Shown: positions 57,350 to 64,000 of the stretch, one piece after another
How positions within the stretch are numbered: position 1 is the first letter of the stretch
How the letters are laid out: each line of letters starts with the position of its first letter
From: the human T2T-CHM13v2.0 reference genome, Homo sapiens
Direction: 5' to 3' (one strand)
NCBI RefSeq assembly: GCF_009914755.1
Contig: NC_060941.1
Length of the DNA: 64,000 nt
Made by a program: the position numbers and the translations under genes
The notes under the pieces: generated by a model
The model's database searches: none
The model's input: the letters and a program-made list of their open reading frames with translations, nothing else
Told to the model about the DNA's origin: nothing

Positions 57350-57538
57350 CTGTGCAATACCAATCACAAAAGTACAGTGACAGAAAGGACTGAAAAGCCA
57401 CACTAACGATTTGGGAAAACTTTCTATGAGGATTATCATAAGGCCAATAAATCCAAAAGCCACAGTAACAAAAAATTCAACTATTCCCACATGTTTTGAT
57501 TTTTTAAAAAGAGGTGTCAGCATTAAAGCAAAAAATAC
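57350..57538 (-). CDS. ABCA5: ABCA5 exon 8 (VFFALMLTPLFKKSKH...GIAQ)
   Basis: 189 nt, ag/gt. Confidence 0.95.
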
Positions 57539-57736
57539 CTATAAAATACAAATATTAAGGTTAGTGCAATGTTCATATATACCAGTATGAAAACAAAATT
57601 AAAGTTTGCTTCTGAAAGAACAAGCTATTTTCATGAAAAATGCATTCATAAAAATACAACTATAATTTCTAAATGCTATGGTATTTTATTTTCAAACAAA
57701 TAGTGATATACCTTTTAAAAATTTAAACTAACAAAT

Positions 57737-58048
57737 ATTTTTGTGTTTTTGTTTTGATTTTGTTTTTGAGACAGGGTCTTGTTCTGTCACCCTAGCTGAA
57801 GTGCAGTGGTGCCATCTTGGCTCACTGCAACCTCCACCTCCTGGGTTCAGGTGATCCTCCCACCTCAGCCTCCCGTGTAGCTGGGATTACAGGCGTGGGG
57901 CACCACGTCCAGCATTTTAGTATTTTTTTTGTAGAGACAGGGTTTCACCATGTTGCCCAGGCTGGTCTCAAACTCCTTGCCTCAAGCAATCTTCTTGCCT
58001 TGCCTCCCAAAGTGCTGGGATTACGGGTGTGAGCCACCACATCTGGTC
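57737..58048 (-). mobile_element. Alu (J/S)
   Basis: Dimer. Confidence 0.88.
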
Positions 58049-58278
58049 TTAAACTAACAAATATTAAATACTGTATTTTTATCTGTATCATAGGTAAACA
58101 CGACCACCTCTACATTACAGAAACCATAAATAGCCATGTGTTTCTGCAGTAAGATGCATAAAATATGTGAAAAAATAATAAATCAACAAAAATTTTAAGT
58201 ACAAGACCCATATTTTAAACTTAATTTATTCATAAGATAAAAAAAACAGTTTAAAAAGAAAAAAAAAACCAGAAGTCC

Positions 58279-58388
58279 TGCTGCAGTGGCTCGCTCATGT
58301 AATCCCAGCACTTTGGGAGGCCAAGGCAAGTGGATCACTTGAGCCCAGGAGTTCAAGACCAAACTTGGACACTTAGGAAGACCTCGAC

Positions 58389-58451
<63 letters not shown>

Positions 58452-58672
58452 CATACATATATATATACATATATATATACACATACATATATATACATAT
58501 ATACATACACACACACAAAAATTAGCAAGGTGTGATGGCACACACCTGTAGTCCCAGCTACTCAGGAGGCTGAGGTTGAAGGATTGAGCCTGGGAGGTCA
58601 AGGCTGCAGTGAGCCATGAGTGTGCCACTGCACTCCAGCCTGGGCCACAGAGCAAGACCCTGTCTCAAAAAA
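58279..58672 (+). mobile_element. AluJ with an (A)n(TA/CATA)n(CA)n expansion in the central linker (58392-58517)
   Basis: Left arm, microsatellite, right arm. Confidence 0.85.
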
Positions 58673-59293
58673 GTAAAATTAAACATTTAAAAAAAAACCA
58701 GGCAATTACATATGGAAGTATGTTAGTTATTTGCAATTTATTATTTTAAAGAGCAGAAATGATAGCCAAAACATTTAACAACTGATACAGGGTGGGCACA
58801 TAAACCAATCAGAATGGAAGATGGAACCACTTAAAACAAAGGCTGGTCATTAAAACCTCTCATTCAGCCAATATATCAAATGAATATCAAGACTGCTAAA
58901 GAGTTACATTTGCAAAGATGTATCTTTAAAAATCATCATCCTGGAGCATAAATTAACTTGAAAGAGTAAGGATTCCATGAAGACAAACAAAAATAGTCCA
59001 ATACTTGACAGTCTTAATTATATACATCATTATATAAAGACAACAGATAGAGGAGTTGTATGTGAAATACATCATATGACAAAAGCTAAATCTAAATCTA
59101 AAACTATTTTGTAACATTACTAAAAATACAGGGATACAGTGATGCCACATCATTTATTTATTAAGTCACTTATCAATTAGTAAAATCTGTCTTTCATGGC
59201 AAATTGACTATAAGTAAACTGAAGAAAAAGACTTTGCTATGTTATCAAACATTTTGACAGTTCTTTATTCCTATCACAAGTTAAAATACTTAC

Positions 59294-59435
59294 AGATGAT
59301 AATCCATAAAGGAAAAAAAGCAGAAATATCACAATGCTGCTACTTTGAGGAAATAACAAAGAAGCTGTCGCAATGACTGCCATAAGAAGGGACATAAGAA
59401 AAATTAAACTTGTATATAGAAGAACCCAGGAAAGC
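59294..59435 (-). CDS. ABCA5: ABCA5 exon 7 (LSWVLLYTSLIFLMSLL...YGLSS)
   Basis: 142 nt, ag/gt. Confidence 0.95.
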
Positions 59436-60159
59436 CTAAAATGAGAATACAGATATAGTTATGGTCAAATGCATAGGCTTAACCAGTTAAAAAATCATTT
59501 TAAACAAAATTTTTAGATTTTAGCCATTTTATTCTTAAAATTAAGTCACTGTTCATTTCTGTGTATGCTTATGTACTAAAAATTAATAGTCTTGTAAGTA
59601 ATTAAAAATATAGTATTGGTTAAGTGATAGGTAAAAGTGTAATCTGATAAAAAATACTATCTTCCAGAGTTAAAAAAGCTTTCAAAATGAATAGTAATTC
59701 ATAATTAATTTAAATCTAATATTCTCAAAAGTTCAATAGCACACAATGTCTCTGATTTTCTTAAAATGTAGGAGTTTAATGAGTCAAGATAACAATTTTC
59801 TTTATGGCATGTGCTACAATTAAACCTCTGATGGCTTCTGTAACTATAAACAATAAAGGCTACCTTACCTCACTAATCAATGACATAATTACTACAATTA
59901 CACAATGTGAAATCAACAAGATCAGTAATGAATTCACTATTTTTGCTCAAGACTTCTTTACAAATCAGAGCTCAATGGAATTGCTGCAGTATTAAGTTTT
60001 ATTTTACATATTTTTCCAAGTTAGCTCAGGATTTAATGATGTCATGAAATCACTGAGTTAAGGCTAAAAAGGTAGCGAAATTATCAAAATTGAATCCATC
60101 ATTTTACTGAGGCAAAACTGAGACCCTGAGAGAATGATTTGCCTAAATTCTTCCAGCTA

Positions 60160-60523
<364 letters not shown>

Positions 60524-61351
60524 CTAAAATAACAAATGAAAGAAAAACAAGCAAAGGAAATATGTTATATACAATAATTCCATTATGTAAAGTGTTAATG
60601 ATTAATTGTTACATTGGGCTAATTGGAATAAAATTTTGTAAAACAGACTATAACAGCTCACATGCACAGTATTAACCTTCCCCCCAGAATGAACTTCATT
60701 ACATAGTGAAAAGAGTAAGGAAACTACACTTAGATTTATAAAAATGCATGCCTTTGTAAAATTATCACTGTACAAAAATGCTGATACATTAAAGGTCACT
60801 AGTGAAAACATGGTTTTCTCATTTCTTTCTCTAAAATTATTTCCATATTCATCTTAATTCACCCAAATAACTAAAACTTTCGAGGGAAAAAAAGTCCATA
60901 TACCACATATACAGACTTTAATCACTGTAACTAAATTTTTAATATTATATATATGCTATATTATGGAAGAACTGTAACAAGCAATTAATTTCTAATGTTC
61001 CAAGATTTCACATTTCCTGAACTCTGAAATACACAGAAATATACGTGGAGTATATTGAAATACACTGAAATATACACGGAGTGTGCCCATGATTCAAATA
61101 AAATGTGAAATAAAATTTAAACACGTATTGTCAACACAAGCTTTGACATTCTTCATCCCTTATGTTAAATGAAGCCAATTAGTTGTTGAAACTTCTTGAC
61201 TAATCTCAAATTCCAAGACTAAGGCAATCATTGTAAGAAAACAGGATAAGCACATCATCAAGTTAGGTAAATATCAAAATTACAATTTTGAAAATCTGTA
61301 TATTTAATACAATTTTTAATTATATTAAGTAATAAATTTTTAATAACATAC

Positions 61352-61581
61352 CAAAAGGCAGTATCATGAAGTCCCATTATCTTTAAAAATTCTTTTATTT
61401 TTTTTTCTTTTTCTGCTACGATATGAATTGCCAAAAAGTATCCAAAAGGTGAAAATGCTATAACTAGGTATATTAAAATTACTCCTCGGGGAAAGGTATC
61501 TATTTCTACAACAGCAGTTTCTCCCATAATAACAGCTTTAGTTGACTCCAGCTCCTTCCAAAGAGAAACATTGGTCTTCAA
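61352..61581 (-). CDS. ABCA5: ABCA5 exon 6 (LKTNVSLWKELES...IVAEKEKKIKEFLKIMGLHDTAFW)
   Basis: 230 nt; ABCA EKE.K.KE...MGL motif. Confidence 0.95.
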
Positions 61582-62909
61582 CTATAATTAGAAAATGTAA
61601 ATACATCAAATTAATTTAGTTATGATAGCAGCCCCTAGTAAAACGGGACAGCTATATCCCTAAATTTGGTCAGTAACCTAGTACAAATACAATCCTCAAA
61701 AAGCTCCATACCTGAAATAAAGTGAGTGACCCCAATATCATAATTCTGAGTAGAATATTGCATTCAATTTATTCTAAAAGTATACCATAAAGTTTAAAGT
61801 TTAAAGTCAGTAAGTGTATAAATTTTGATTAAATAATTTGTCAAATAAAATAAAATTGCACAATTATCATCTTAAGCAGACAATTATATGTATCTTAGTA
61901 AAAATATACATCTTCAAAATTTAGGAATTTAGGAGTGATTATTAGTGCCATCATTCCTATGATTGTTTAAAAAATGTTCTTCTAAATACCATGCCCTTCT
62001 ACTGCTTTAAAGTCTATATATTTAGCACATATAGACCAAATAATAAAACTATTTATGCCACATAATACTTCTAACATTCCAATTAATGCCTAAATTGAAA
62101 TCTATCCTGCCTATTCATCCAGTGTGGTCTGTGCTGTGGATGGCTAAAAACTTTGGCCAAAATACAAATAGGTGATACAACATCATCAATGTAATAGATC
62201 CGTATTTCACTATCTTTACCTTAAATTTCTGTATTATTGAATTTGTGCAATATTACACGTCCCTAATATGTTTATACTGTACTACAAAAGTTTACAAGAC
62301 AATTATACATAAATCATCTCATTTGGTTCTTACGACAATGCTGTCAAGTAAAGTACTATTATAATAGTCATTTTACTACATAGCAGTGTAACAACAGAGA
62401 CAAGACTCCTGTTCAGATTTTGATTCCAGCTCCATCATTATTCATACATACTTTAAACGTATTATTTAGCAGACAAGATGGTTGATATACATTTTGAAAT
62501 TACAATATTTTGTAGCATAGTAAATTTTGTAGCATAGTAAATTCAATTAGAAAGGGCAAATGGAAAAAAAAGCCACAGATCCATACAGAACATGGAAGAA
62601 TGAAATATGGTTAATTTGAATAGTTTGAATTCTAAGGTAACTTCATCTACTGTTATCTAGCCCAGACACAAAAGTAAGATTTTTAAAAATAAATTTCATG
62701 GCCAGTTTTTCTGCTAAAATATGAAACACAACAAAAAGTACCAAATCAGAAAATATGACTTCTTTTTTATCTTTTTTCTCAAAGGAGTTGTAGTAGGTTA
62801 CATATTTTGTACATTTGACAGTAGTCAAACCAAATACTATTGTAAAGAATAAGGAAATATTTATTTTAAAATGGCATAGTTTTTGTATTTCTTCCTTTAT
62901 CATATTTAC

Positions 62910-62998
62910 CTGTATAATGGCAGCATCTATGGATGCTTGTAAAACTGTGAAACCTGAGGACCAGTACTGAGCAGCCTCACATGATTTTGAACAGCCAG
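62910..62998 (-). CDS. ABCA5: ABCA5 exon 5 (AGCSKSCEAAQYWSSGFTVLQASIDAAIIQ)
   Basis: 89 nt, ag/gt. Confidence 0.95.
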
Positions 62999-63891
62999 CT
63001 ATGGGGGGAAGAATATGAGATCTAAGATTCTGTACAACATGCAAGTGCATCGTTTTAAAGATATTATATGGAGAGATACCTACCAAAACAATATAATCAA
63101 TCAATCTTTACAGGACCAAAGAAATAAGCTACTGACTTTCAAAGGTAAACAATACTTACAAGATTTCTGATCATTTACTTGAAATTTTGAAATAAAAGTT
63201 ATATGTGTTAGAATACTAAATAGTAAATGAATAAAAATGTAAAGAAAGAAATTAATTGTAGTTATTTAAAACAAGTTACTTTTTTGTTTTAAAGTAAATC
63301 ATTCTACATGACTTAGCTCTAAAGCACTTCCAGAAGCAAGGAAAAGTCAAAGTTAAGCAAACAGGAAAAAAGAATTTTCAGAAGGGCTTTTTGAAATAAA
63401 GTCACAAATTCAGTATTTAGCATAGTGACTTTAACATTGCTCAATAAATGTTTGTGGTTGATAATATTTCTTCATAGATTTAAACAACCAAAGGTTGTTT
63501 CCCATGTTTCAAATATAAAACTAATCAAGTTCACTAGTAGAAGACCTCAAGATTTTAAAGATTTGTACATACCACAAGTAAAAACAATTACATGAAAAAA
63601 AGAGATTTAGAAAGTCATATAACCCAAAATGCAATTTTGCTTTATGCTACTGTATTTAATATATATAAATGTATTAAATCAAAATGGGTATATATAAAAA
63701 TGTTTTATGTGTAGAAGTAGATAGGTATTTATAAATAAATATTTTTATGCTATACTTCTCAGTTTTCCTATTGGAACAAGTAAGAATAGTTGAAAATGCC
63801 AATATTGAACTATATAAAATTTTGACTATGAACTGCAAGCAGCAAAGATATGCATTTAATTGATCTTCAATGATTATGTAGGGCTATTTAC

Positions 63892-64000
63892 CTCTTGAAT
63901 CCATATAAATAGAAGATACTGGAATCATATCAGGAAAAAAACGAAGTTCATAGGACATGGAGTCTTTGAAAACCACACCTACAAAGTTGCTCGGCTTAGA
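63892..64000 (-). CDS. ABCA5: ABCA5 exon 4, partial (SKPSNFVGVVFKDSMSYELRFFPDMIPVSSIYMDSR)
   Basis: Open frame to the window edge; donor AGAG|gtaaat. Confidence 0.93.

Noticed and set aside
61025-62545. Small tandem duplications (about 31 bp near 61025-61085; 18 bp near 62507-62545)
   Set aside because: Ordinary slippage products with no apparent functional consequence

Overview
This window is human-type genomic DNA: AT-rich and dense in Alu, L1, MIR, LTR and DNA-transposon repeats. It carries most of ABCA5 (ABC transporter subfamily A member 5, from the 17q24 ABCA6-like cluster) on the minus strand. I traced 36 exons by hand, from a partial exon 4 to exon 39 (39-exon numbering). They splice into one continuous reading frame from about residue 121 to the stop at 2144-2146, followed by at least 2.1 kb of 3'UTR. 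Most ORFs in the supplied track are repeat-derived or are exons read through into introns. I found no prokaryote-type system (CRISPR, operon, defence island) and cannot support a new multi-gene system here. The most notable observations: (1) a perfect 85-bp tandem duplication of nearly all of exon 37 plus its splice donor, which creates a competing donor that would give a premature stop; (2) a weak GC donor at intron 30; (3) the +16 alternative donor of exon 20, which gives a 925-aa half transporter; (4) a 51-nt exon-like unit with strong splice sites, and a CTCF motif, inside the 3'UTR; (5) an old inverted duplication that copies an LTR/MER20 junction; (6) a long GGAA microsatellite. Repeat subfamily names come from recalled consensus sequences and need RepeatMasker confirmation.
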